From: Candidatus Omnitrophota bacterium
GTDB taxonomy: Bacteria; Omnitrophota; Gorgyraeia; Gygaellales; Profunditerraquicolaceae
Length of the DNA stretch: 52,228 nt
Assembly: GCA_028718245.1 (NCBI GenBank)
Contig: JAQUME010000002.1
Span: 1-52,228 of the forward strand
Reading direction: 5' to 3'
The number at the start of each line of letters is the position of its first letter. The first letter of the stretch is position 1. Both the position numbers and the translations under genes were made by a program. The notes beneath the pieces are model-generated. The model was given only the letters and a program-made list of their open reading frames with translations. It did no database searches and had not been told where the DNA came from. Below, piece after piece: positions 23,496 through 32,321 of the stretch.

Positions 23496-25505
23496 TTAAG
23501 CGGTCTTCCAGATAAGGTGTTTGTACTGGTCAAGCATGCGGTAGGTGTTAAACTGGCCTGCTACACTGATGCACTCTATCATCATATCTATCCAGGCGGA
23601 GGAGGTGTCTGCCTTGCCCTGCCGGTTGGTCCTGTAATAGAGGCCCACCAGGTCCTCCAGGCTGCGGTATAATTCTTTGGAATCCTCATTCATATGCAGG
23701 TCAAATTCATTGCCCACGCTCCCCTCGGCGTTTTTATAACCAAAAAATGCGCCCATCTTCCTGTCGGTTGCCTCGGCCACCCAGCCGTCAACGGTGCTCA
23801 TCTGCAGAACGCCGTTCAGGATCGCCTTCATCCCGCTTGTGCCGGAGGCCTCAAAAGGCGGCAGGGGATTGTTCAGCCAGACATCGACGCTGGAGGTAAG
23901 TATCTTAGCCAGGTAAATATCATAATTCTCCAGGACGATGATCTTGAGTTTGCTGTAATCCTCTTTCAGCCTGTCTACCGTATCCAGCATTTCATTGATA
24001 TAAGTAAAGCCCAGGTTGTCATTGGGATGGGCTTTGCCGGCCAGGATTATCTGCAAGGGGCCTGTCTTCTCGGCGATACTCACTAATCTGTTGATATCGT
24101 GGAGTATGAGGCTTGGCCTCTTATAAGCAGCCACCCTCCTTGCCCAGCAGATAGTAAAGATATCTTTATCCAGCTTCCACTTATCCAACAAGCCGCAAAG
24201 CCCGGCCTTGTTTGACTGATGCGCCTGCCAGGCCTGCGTTCGGAAATCAGCGTTTGACTTCAACTCATTTGCTTTTGAGAGGATCATGGGGTTGGCCTTG
24301 AAATCGTTAAAGGTCTCCGGGAACTTTTCAAAAAGATTCATGAACTCCCGCGAGATCCAGGTATGCATATGCACCCCGTTGGTAACATATTGGATCTGCT
24401 CCTTGTATTTGGGGAACTGGATGTGCATTACTCGCTGATGGTTGCGGGAGACCGCGTTGATGGCAGATGATATATTCATGGAAAGCAGGGTAAGATTAGC
24501 TGACCCGGACTGCTCCCTGCCGAATCTTTCAATAACCTCCGTGTCCTCTTTTTTAAGCACCTTGCTCAAGTCATCAAAGGAGAACCTATCATGGCCTGCT
24601 TCAACCGGGGTGTGGCAGGTGTAAACAAATTTGCTCTTCAGGTGCTCTACTTCATCTTTGGGCAGGCCCCTGGCCTTAGCCACAAACGCAAATACCGCAT
24701 GGCCCTCATTAAGATGATAAGTGCCGGTATTATACCCTAATTCATTCAAAGCCCCAACCCCGCCAAAACCAAGCACGACCCTCTGCAGCATTTTTAACCA
24801 GACATTATCGCTGCGGTAAAGCTGGTCGGTCAGTTGCCGGGCGCGCTGGCTGTTGGGCTCGATGTTGGAATCAAGCAGGATCAAAGGAACTACCGAATCA
24901 TGCTTATAACTGTAGACATAATATTTCCACAGCCTTAAATGAACATCCTCGGGCTTCAGGGATATCTTGATCCTGTTCTTTAAAGGGATAAGCCCGGGGT
25001 AAGTGGCAGGATCCCAATGCATCTTTTCCGGGGCCTGGCCGTATTTGAACCAGAACTTCTGCCTGAAATAACCGGAGTTCCAGAGGATGCCGATGCCTGC
25101 TGCCGGCAGGTTATAGTCAGCCATGGTCTTGACCGTATCCCCGGCCAGGACACCCAGGCCTCCGCTGTAGATCGGCAGGTCGATAATATTATCCTGGCGC
25201 AGGGCGAAGAAATAATCGGCGACGCGGAAGTTTGAAAAGACCGCGTTCTCCGGGAGTTTGTTGCTGGGTTTAAGGGGAAACTGGCTGGATAATTTATTGT
25301 AGCAGCTGGTGGCCAGGCCATACTCCATGGAAAAATAGGCAAGGCCCGGCTGTTCAGGGGAACGCAGGCGTTTTTCCGCCTTGACAATGGCATCAAGGGG
25401 CATACCGAAATAGCTGTTATCTTTTATATCCCCGGCATAATGACCCTCAGGGTCATCAACCTGGATCAGGGAGTAAAATTCATCAATAAGCTTATTTTTT
25501 TCCAT
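23496..25505 (-). CDS. glgP: Alpha-glucan (glycogen/maltodextrin) phosphorylase, GT35
   Basis: YFSMEYGL, IYSGGLGVLAGD and the PLP-lysine motif EASGTSGMK. 669 aa, the short-form phosphorylase. Confidence 0.9.
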   Translation of the reverse strand: MEKNKLIDEFYSLIQVDDPEGHYAGDIKDNSYFGMPLDAIVKAEKRLRSPEQPGLAYFSMEYGLATSCYNKLSSQFPLKPSNKLPENAVFSNFRVADYFFALRQDNIIDLPIYSGGLGVLAGDTVKTMADYNLPAAGIGILWNSGYFRQKFWFKYGQAPEKMHWDPATYPGLIPLKNRIKISLKPEDVHLRLWKYYVYSYKHDSVVPLILLDSNIEPNSQRARQLTDQLYRSDNVWLKMLQRVVLGFGGVGALNELGYNTGTYHLNEGHAVFAFVAKARGLPKDEVEHLKSKFVYTCHTPVEAGHDRFSFDDLSKVLKKEDTEVIERFGREQSGSANLTLLSMNISSAINAVSRNHQRVMHIQFPKYKEQIQYVTNGVHMHTWISREFMNLFEKFPETFNDFKANPMILSKANELKSNADFRTQAWQAHQSNKAGLCGLLDKWKLDKDIFTICWARRVAAYKRPSLILHDINRLVSIAEKTGPLQIILAGKAHPNDNLGFTYINEMLDTVDRLKEDYSKLKIIVLENYDIYLAKILTSSVDVWLNNPLPPFEASGTSGMKAILNGVLQMSTVDGWVAEATDRKMGAFFGYKNAEGSVGNEFDLHMNEDSKELYRSLEDLVGLYYRTNRQGKADTSSAWIDMMIECISVAGQFNTYRMLDQYKHLIWKTA

Positions 25506-25507
25506 AG

Positions 25508-25753
25508 CTATTCCCGCCTGAAATGCAGATAGATCCTGCCCCAGCCCTTATCGGTCTTCTCCAGCCGCGAATAAAGCCGGCGGATCTCTTTTTTGTTCAG
25601 GAAATTAAGGATACGTTTCTTGACGCTGTCCGAAGCCGGGCCGTAGGCGATCTCAAGTAAGCTGGCGCGGCCAGCCACGGCCTCCTTCAGGATCTTCTCT
25701 ATTTTAATTTCCATATCCGTGGCTATCGGATAAAGATTTAATTTTAACTTCAT
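25508..25753 (-). CDS. Small Smr-domain-like protein
   Basis: 81 aa. SLLEIAYGPASDSVKKRILNFL...GWGRIYLHF loosely fits the Smr fold pattern. Tightly packed between the RRM gene and glgP. Confidence 0.35.
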   Translation of the reverse strand: MKLKLNLYPIATDMEIKIEKILKEAVAGRASLLEIAYGPASDSVKKRILNFLNKKEIRRLYSRLEKTDKGWGRIYLHFRRE

Positions 25754-26232
25754 TTCTTATAGCCGGCCGGGCTGTTGAACTTTTTCTTACGCCAACGCAT
25801 GGGATTATCTTTATGCTTGCGTTCAGGCTGCACAGCGGTCTCCCCGGCGGTCAAACGCCGTTTCATAAAACTTATCGAGCGCCTGCCTTCCTTATATTTT
25901 CCTGTCCTTCTAAATGACGCCTCATGCCTGGTTTCGGGCTGCTGCGGCCGGGGCCGGGGCGCCTCTTTTTTGACCCGTTCTTTTTTGGGCTTCTTAGGCA
26001 AAGCCGGCATGACATTGACCGGCCGGCCTAATAATTCCTTGCCGTTTAAAGCGGCGATAGCGGCTTTTGCCTCCTCTTCATCGGGCATCTCCACAAAGCC
26101 AAAGCCGCGGGATTTCTTCCCCTTCTTTTCCATTACAATTGCCACGATGGAAACCGTGCCGAAAGAAGCGAAAGCCTTATGGACATCGGCTTCTTTAGCC
26201 CCAAAAGACAGATTGCCTACAAAAATATTCAC
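25750..26232 (-). CDS. RRM-type RNA-binding protein with basic C-terminal tail
   Basis: RNP-2 IFVGNL and RNP-1 RGFGFVEM, followed by a Lys/Arg/Pro-rich tail. Confidence 0.85.
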   Translation of the reverse strand: MNIFVGNLSFGAKEADVHKAFASFGTVSIVAIVMEKKGKKSRGFGFVEMPDEEEAKAAIAALNGKELLGRPVNVMPALPKKPKKERVKKEAPRPRPQQPETRHEASFRRTGKYKEGRRSISFMKRRLTAGETAVQPERKHKDNPMRWRKKKFNSPAGYKK

Positions 26233-26266
26233 TTATCCTTTATTTATAAATTCTGAACTCAAACTA

Positions 26267-26575
26267 TTATAATAAATTAAACGTGATAATGCAACTTGTT
26301 TGGTGCGCGGAGAATGAAGAGGCGGTGCCCCTGGCTGAGTAATCCCATAAGCCCGTAACGGTATTGTATTCCAGCGCCTGCCGGGATGAAGGGGAAAAAG
26401 CGGCATCTTTTTCAGAATAACCCCATAAACCTGTAACAGCGTTATATTCAAGCGACTGCCTGGCGAAGGCCGGGGAAGTCAAAAAAGAGATAAAAAAAGC
26501 AAAAACAGCCAAACAAAAAAAGCAGCCCTTTAATTTTAAGTAGCTGCTTATCTGCCTTAATTTATCTTCCACCAT
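26267..26575 (-). CDS. Small secreted protein with two tandem LEYNxVTGLWxYS repeats
   Basis: From M25 of the track ORF there is a signal-like segment CFFCLAVFAFFISFLTSPAFA. This is followed by RQSLEYNAVTGLWGYSEKDAAFSPSS and RQALEYNTVTGLWDYSARGTASSFS. Track ORF is 26267..26647. Confidence 0.4.
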   Translation of the reverse strand: MVEDKLRQISSYLKLKGCFFCLAVFAFFISFLTSPAFARQSLEYNAVTGLWGYSEKDAAFSPSSRQALEYNTVTGLWDYSARGTASSFSAHQTSCIITFNLL

Positions 26576-26650
26576 TATCCACCTTTTTAAAGTGGCTGGT
26601 GAATTAATCATAGCACTAAAATGGAAGAAGGCAACAAAAATTATCAAAAT

Positions 26651-27286
26651 CTACTTTTCCAGATAAGCGATAACTTCGCTGTCCTCCATATCCGGGAATT
26701 CCCCGTAAAATGAAGCCACGGCGAAATACGGTTCCCGGCTTATATACAGAACAATGGCTTTATCTGCTTCTTTCTCTATCATTCTATAAGCTTCATGATG
26801 GGCAACCGGAACTGCCACGATCACCTCCCGGGACTTCTCTGCCCTGGCAAACCTGACCGCCGCAAGCATCGTAAAACCGCTGGCCAGTCCGTCATCGGCC
26901 AAGATCACCGACCTGCCTTTTAAAACAGGCACGGCCCTGTCTTTGCGGTATAATCTATTCCGCCTTTGGACCTCTTTATGAACGGTGTCTACGATCTTAT
27001 TTATCCGGGCCTTGGTCAGATCAAGCTGCGACAAAAGCGGCTCATTGAATATGGGGATTTTGTCCAGGGTAACTGCCCCGAAACCGGCTTCGGGATTATC
27101 CGGTATGGGCAGTTTCCTTAACACTAAAACATCCAGGGGAGCGTTAATGGCTTTGGCAACAGCATCGCCTATCGGGATGCCTCCCCGGGGTATGCCTAAT
27201 ACGATGGGGTCTTTCAGAGCTGGTTTCAGGTCCAGCAGCCTCTCTGCCAGAAGTTTTCCCGCGGAGGCGCGGTCAGCAAAAAGCAT
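26651..27286 (-). CDS. Phosphoribosyltransferase-family protein
   Basis: PRPP-binding motif VILADDGLASGFTM. N-terminus FADRASAGKLLA...VLGIPRGGIPIG. Confidence 0.75.
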   Translation of the reverse strand: MLFADRASAGKLLAERLLDLKPALKDPIVLGIPRGGIPIGDAVAKAINAPLDVLVLRKLPIPDNPEAGFGAVTLDKIPIFNEPLLSQLDLTKARINKIVDTVHKEVQRRNRLYRKDRAVPVLKGRSVILADDGLASGFTMLAAVRFARAEKSREVIVAVPVAHHEAYRMIEKEADKAIVLYISREPYFAVASFYGEFPDMEDSEVIAYLEK

Positions 27287-27301
27287 TCCCCCTGCTTCCT
27301 C

Positions 27302-27511
27302 TCACTTATCCAATCCTTTCCAAAAAAGGAAATAAAGCCCGAGAAGTATACTGGCACCTAAGACAATATAAAATAACCTCTCATCATGGAACTTCTGCCG
27401 CACGATCGAACTTGCGGCAACCCCGGCGATCCAGATTATGACCGCGATAAGTTTTATGCGGAATAATAAGCTGAACAGCAGGATGATCCCCAATAGTATA
27501 TAAAGATTCAT
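27302..27511 (-). CDS. Hypothetical small membrane protein
   Basis: 69 aa with two to three hydrophobic helices. Overlaps the upstream gene by 4 nt. Confidence 0.4.
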   Translation of the reverse strand: MNLYILLGIILLFSLLFRIKLIAVIIWIAGVAASSIVRQKFHDERLFYIVLGASILLGLYFLFWKGLDK

Positions 27512-27999
27512 CTGGCCTCCTTTCTAAACTGCTCTTTTACCTTGGGGCGGGTGAAGAAAAAGATGACCAGCAGGCTCAGGAGTATATAAAACAAATACAC
27601 GCATATGACTGAAGAGAACCCGATATTGACCAACGCGTCGATGCTTATAGGGGAAGGGTATTTTTCCGTAACTCCGGCTACTATCGAAACGGCATATTCC
27701 CTTATATCATTAATTGAGAGAGAGAATACCAGGATACTGACTAATATATCCAATGAGTTAATTGCCACCATGGCCTTCCTCATTACCTCCTTTAATTCCA
27801 GGATCCCGAAACCGCAAATGATCCCTAAGACCGGGGAGAACATGGAATATAAGATCACCGCTATAACAGCCTCTTTGCTAAAAGACTTATACAGCTCAAA
27901 AGATATCCTGAAATTAAACGCGTTTGATAAAGCAAAGGCATTCAGGATGATCAATAACCAGGCGAATATCGTTACCCCCCTGGACCGTTTCTTATCCAT
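27508..27999 (-). CDS. Hypothetical multi-pass membrane protein
   Basis: 163 aa with four hydrophobic segments. No recognisable family. Confidence 0.45.
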   Translation of the reverse strand: MDKKRSRGVTIFAWLLIILNAFALSNAFNFRISFELYKSFSKEAVIAVILYSMFSPVLGIICGFGILELKEVMRKAMVAINSLDILVSILVFSLSINDIREYAVSIVAGVTEKYPSPISIDALVNIGFSSVICVYLFYILLSLLVIFFFTRPKVKEQFRKEAR

Positions 28000-28046
28000 G
28001 GCTCCTCCTTGGTTAGTTTGCGCGCTGCCGTCGCCTCTACCGGAAA

Positions 28047-28841
28047 TTAAAAATTGATTATCTCCCGGAATACCCCCGGCTCTATCTTGATCCCGCCGGT
28101 AAACGGAAATTCAAAGCACAATACCGCCAGCAGTATAAGCGCTATTACCACCGCCAGTATCGATGCCATCACGACATGGGCGGAAAATATATCCGAACCG
28201 AAAAAAAAGGTAAAGCTTATGGTGGCCAGGGCGCCGAATGCCAGGATAAACCACATAACCGGCTGCAGTCCATCCCTCGACTCCACTATGCGGATGCGGC
28301 GGGCCTCGCGCAGGTCATAAAGCTTGGGGATGGACTCCGAGAAAAATATCTTCTCCTTCTCCGTTTTTGGTTCGTAATTAGTATAAAGGCCCCATATCTT
28401 CCTTAATGCCTCCCTTGCTTCCATGCTCTCCTGTCCCCGGGCCAGCATATCCCACTCTTTATTGACGACAATACTTGTGTAATCTTTGATAAGACCGCGT
28501 AACTCCTCCCTGAACGGCGCCGAAAAAGCGGCGCTGCTCCTGTGAAGGCTGACAAGACAGTTGGCTTCCCTCTCAACATAGGATTTCGCCCTGTCAAAAT
28601 TTTGCCAGGATACCACAACTACAAACGCAAGCAGCACCGTATAGGCCAGTGCCACTGCCCCGAATATAGCCCCGGTCAAGTCGTTATGCATCTTCAGTAC
28701 CTTGCGCGGGACAAACCGCCAGACAATAAAGAGCCCCAGCATGGACGCTCCCACCGCGGCTATAATTATGAGGATGGTCAAAGGTATAACCGGTATATAC
28801 AAAAGTAATTTCTGGGTAAAAGGCATTACTCCTCCTTCCAA
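28047..28841 (-). CDS. Membrane protein, DUF4239-like
   Basis: N-terminal TM pair, central soluble helical region (FDRAKSYVEREANCLVSL) and C-terminal TM pair. The layout is reminiscent of DUF4239/bestrophin-like proteins. Confidence 0.4.
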   Translation of the reverse strand: MEGGVMPFTQKLLLYIPVIPLTILIIIAAVGASMLGLFIVWRFVPRKVLKMHNDLTGAIFGAVALAYTVLLAFVVVVSWQNFDRAKSYVEREANCLVSLHRSSAAFSAPFREELRGLIKDYTSIVVNKEWDMLARGQESMEAREALRKIWGLYTNYEPKTEKEKIFFSESIPKLYDLREARRIRIVESRDGLQPVMWFILAFGALATISFTFFFGSDIFSAHVVMASILAVVIALILLAVLCFEFPFTGGIKIEPGVFREIINF

Positions 28842-28855
28842 GTCGATTATTTCAG

Positions 28856-29578
28856 TTATGGCAGAACCTTCTCAAAATGCTGGTAATCTTTTAAAGATTT
28901 CCAGTTCCCTCCCCAGGTCCAGCCCAGGCGCTTGAAAGTTCTAACCACCGGGGAATCAAAACCAAGCGTTCCCGGCTTACTTATATCATATACCGCCCCG
29001 GGAGGCAGGACCTTTTTTCCTTTAATGTAAGGATTCTGCACAGGATTGATGTCAATGGCAAAGCCATAAGCGTGTTTGGAAAGGGATTTTCCGCCGGTTA
29101 CCACCCTGTAATTAAACGCGGAGGTATTATTGGCTAACATGGAAAGGTTATCATCATTCCACTTTCCGTTCTTAAAAAACCGGTCATGAGAGATCGGAAC
29201 GGCTGAACCGATGGGGAATTTATTTGCTAAAGCTACCCGGAATACTTCTTGAATGTCCGCCACAAGCCTTGCATCTATAACAAGCTGGCCCTTATGGAAT
29301 TTGCCGTCAAATGAATAATACACCACCTCTACGAGCCGCTGCCTGGCTTTAAATTCAGGGGGCGCCTCTTTTCTCAGCGCGTCAGCCAATGACATATTGC
29401 TGTCAATGATCGGATCCTGCAGGGTCCCCAACGGCGGCTGCTCAAGCCGCACTTCCGGAGTTATTTCCGCGGCCTTAAACTTCGCGGCGCACCCGGATAA
29501 AAGCAGGGCTGAAAATAAGAGAAAAAATAAAAAATATCCCTTTCCCGCATTGAAATCAAATTTCAGGATATGCATCAT
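28856..29578 (-). CDS. M15-family metallopeptidase (D-Ala-D-Ala carboxypeptidase/VanY-like) lipoprotein
   Basis: Lipobox LLLSGC. Zinc-ligand motifs SKHAYGFAIDINP and WGGNWKSLKDYQHFE. Confidence 0.75.
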   Translation of the reverse strand: MMHILKFDFNAGKGYFLFFLLFSALLLSGCAAKFKAAEITPEVRLEQPPLGTLQDPIIDSNMSLADALRKEAPPEFKARQRLVEVVYYSFDGKFHKGQLVIDARLVADIQEVFRVALANKFPIGSAVPISHDRFFKNGKWNDDNLSMLANNTSAFNYRVVTGGKSLSKHAYGFAIDINPVQNPYIKGKKVLPPGAVYDISKPGTLGFDSPVVRTFKRLGWTWGGNWKSLKDYQHFEKVLP

Positions 29579-30444
29579 TTCTCCGGTAAAAAATTCCTCA
29601 CTGCCTCGATATATCCCCGCGTGTCCTCAAGATGATGCGAATGCGAGCATCCCTCAAAAATGCGGATCTTTGACCCCGGCATCATCCTCCGGTAATATTC
29701 CACGGTTTCGGGTGAGGCCTCATCGTATCTTCCGCAGGTAAACAAAGCCGGTATCTTCACTTCAGCCAGGCGCTGGGCCCGTTCAAAACCCTTTAAGGCG
29801 CCGGTTATGGTGAACTCGCTGGGCCCCCACATATGCAGATAGATATCCCGGTTCAACTTGGCGAAGGTCCGGTTTAAAACTTCCGGCCAGGGGTCAAGCC
29901 TGCAGAGATGCCGCTTATAAAACACCATCATCGCCTGTTCGTATTCCGGGCCAAAAGAGGATTGGGCCTCGGCTTTCTCAATGATCATCCTCTCCTTTTC
30001 CGGAAGGGCGGCGATATACCTGCGCTGGTCTTCATGCCACCTGCCAGCGCTAAGGCAGGGCGCAGAAAATATAAGGCTGGCTGGTTCCTTGGGCCGCTTC
30101 TCCAGCATATATTCTATGCCGAGCATACATCCCCAGGAATTTCCGAGCAGGTGGAAAGAACTCAAACCCAGCTCCCTGACTATCGTTTCCAGTTCATCAA
30201 CATAACGCGCAAGCGTCCAGAGGGATTTATCTGAGGGGCGGTCAGAATTACCGCATCCCAACTGGTCGTAAAATATAACCGGCCGCTCATCGGCCAATGC
30301 CTCTAAAGGCTGGAGATAATCCCAGGATCCTCCCGGGCCTCCGTGTAAGACCAGGAGCGGGGTTTTTTTGCGCTCTTTGCCGGCCGCGCGGAACCATACT
30401 CTTCCGCCCTTAACATTTATAAAATCATCTCCCATGAGGCACAT
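29575..30444 (-). CDS. pip: Proline iminopeptidase-family alpha/beta hydrolase
   Basis: LVLHGGPGGS oxyanion motif, nucleophile elbow GNSWGC, and C-terminal CSHSHH. Confidence 0.8.
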   Translation of the reverse strand: MCLMGDDFINVKGGRVWFRAAGKERKKTPLLVLHGGPGGSWDYLQPLEALADERPVIFYDQLGCGNSDRPSDKSLWTLARYVDELETIVRELGLSSFHLLGNSWGCMLGIEYMLEKRPKEPASLIFSAPCLSAGRWHEDQRRYIAALPEKERMIIEKAEAQSSFGPEYEQAMMVFYKRHLCRLDPWPEVLNRTFAKLNRDIYLHMWGPSEFTITGALKGFERAQRLAEVKIPALFTCGRYDEASPETVEYYRRMMPGSKIRIFEGCSHSHHLEDTRGYIEAVRNFLPEK

Positions 30445-30447
30445 AAA

Positions 30448-30819
30448 TCATATATTATTTTTAATACAGGCAATAAGCTCTCCTACAGTCGCTGTCTTGG
30501 CTAAAAGCGAATATTCCCTGGTTAAGCTTGCTTGGGAACTGGCCTCTTCTTCCCTTACTATCGCGGTCAAAAATACAATAGGGGTATCTTTTATGCTCTG
30601 ATCATTCTTTATCAAAGAGGCGACGTCGGAACCGTCCATATCCGGCATTACTATATCGAGCAATATCAGATCCGGTTTTATGTTTCTGGCTATTTTGATG
30701 CCATCCTCCCCATTTGTAGCTATAGTTACCTCAAACTCACCTGTCCGGTCTATATTCTTCTTTACCAGGTTACAAAACTCCTCTTCATCATCAATGATCA
30801 ATATTCTCTTTTTATCCAC
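30448..30819 (-). CDS. Single-domain response regulator (receiver only)
   Basis: ILIIDDEEE, phospho-acceptor context LILLDIVMPDMDG, and the FLTA region. 123 aa with no output domain. Confidence 0.9.
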   Translation of the reverse strand: MDKKRILIIDDEEEFCNLVKKNIDRTGEFEVTIATNGEDGIKIARNIKPDLILLDIVMPDMDGSDVASLIKNDQSIKDTPIVFLTAIVREEEASSQASLTREYSLLAKTATVGELIACIKNNI

Positions 30820-32293
30820 TTCCCCCTCCTTCTTCTTTGCAAATTCTTAAAGTAATAATCGCCCTGGAACCTTTTCCCGCCTGGCTTTTTACCTCGATCA
30901 GCCCTTTGTGCATAATAATGATATTCCGGCTTATAGATAAACCCAGGCCGGTCCCTTTTCCCTGGCCTTTTGTAGTAAAGAAAGGGTCAAATACCTTTTT
31001 AAGGTTTTCTTCGGAGATCCCCGTCCCCGTGTCCTCAATTTCAACAACAACGGACTTTTCTCCTTCTTCCAGCTGCTTAACAAAGCTGCGAATAGTTAGT
31101 TTTCCTCCGTCGGGCATCGCATGGATGGCGTTCATGAACAGATTAATAAATACCTGCGTCAGTTTATTTTTGTCTGCTAAAACCCTTGGCAGGCCTCCCT
31201 GGATCTCCCTGGCTACTTCAATATTCTTTAATTCTGTTTTTACCAGATTTAGAGAGCCCTCCAGTACAGAGTCAATACATTCCGGGTGTAATTCCAGTTT
31301 TGCGGCCCTGGAGAAATCCAAAAGGGACATCACTATCCTGTCTGCCCTTTGAGCGCTCTCCTTGACTACAGATAGAGTCTGGCGCGGCTCTTTTGCCTCC
31401 GGAGAGATTATTTGCTCCAAATAACCGACCCCTTGCATTATGATCCCTATGGGATTTCTTATCTCATGGGCCACCCCGCTTGCCAATTGGCCGATAGCCT
31501 TGAGTTTCTCCGATTGGACCAATTTATCCTGCATTTCCTTCAATTCATCGTAGGCCTTTTTTAATTCCTCCGCCCTCTTGGAGGCCTGTTCATACAGCCG
31601 GACGTTCTGCATGGTAACGGCGGCCATGCGGACAATATTCACAACCACCGACACCTCCCGCTGCGTGAAAGGCCCGGGTATTTTCTTATCGCAAACGTGC
31701 AATACGCCCAAAACTTCATTCTTAAATATGACCGGGGCGCTGATAAATGTTTTCTGCAAATACTCCTCTTTTCTCAGTCTTTTCAGATAGGATTCCTGCG
31801 CTAGATCCCCCACCACCAATACTTCTCTGTTGCGCACTACAAATCCGGATATGCTGTCTTTGCCTATTACTAAAGGTTCCCGGTTGCGGTCATAATTCCA
31901 CCCTACCGCGCAGGCAAGGGTAAGCTTTTCTGAATCCTTATCCCAGGTAAGAAGCACGGTGCGCTCGATGGGCAAGAAATCATGGGCGGCCTCGGCAATA
32001 CACCGCGCCACATCTTTAAAGCCGAGAGCCGAAAATAGCTTTTCGTTGAGCTTAAAGAGGAAATTCAGCTCTGATTCATACCATATTTTATCTTCTAAAC
32101 ATGAGGGGGCTTGTTGCGAGCCGGGATCCTGCTGCGGAAGTTCCCGGGGGAAAGGCGGAGGGAAAGACTGCTTCTTCTGCTGGCGGCTCATTGCTATTGC
32201 GTAACCAAGCGCCAAACCAATAGAAACAAATAAAATAATAAATATGGCAATAATCATGAGAACAAGGTTAACGGAAAGACCCGGTAATCGCAC
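30812..32293 (-). CDS. Sensor histidine kinase with GAF domain
   Basis: N-terminal TM, a GAF-like region, H-box SGVAHEIRNPIG, N-box FMNAIHAM, and G-boxes EDTGTGI and GTGLGLS. Confidence 0.9.
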   Translation of the reverse strand: MRLPGLSVNLVLMIIAIFIILFVSIGLALGYAIAMSRQQKKQSFPPPFPRELPQQDPGSQQAPSCLEDKIWYESELNFLFKLNEKLFSALGFKDVARCIAEAAHDFLPIERTVLLTWDKDSEKLTLACAVGWNYDRNREPLVIGKDSISGFVVRNREVLVVGDLAQESYLKRLRKEEYLQKTFISAPVIFKNEVLGVLHVCDKKIPGPFTQREVSVVVNIVRMAAVTMQNVRLYEQASKRAEELKKAYDELKEMQDKLVQSEKLKAIGQLASGVAHEIRNPIGIIMQGVGYLEQIISPEAKEPRQTLSVVKESAQRADRIVMSLLDFSRAAKLELHPECIDSVLEGSLNLVKTELKNIEVAREIQGGLPRVLADKNKLTQVFINLFMNAIHAMPDGGKLTIRSFVKQLEEGEKSVVVEIEDTGTGISEENLKKVFDPFFTTKGQGKGTGLGLSISRNIIIMHKGLIEVKSQAGKGSRAIITLRICKEEGGGSG

Positions 32294-32321
32294 AGTTTCA
32301 GCCGCAAGAATATTCTAAGAA

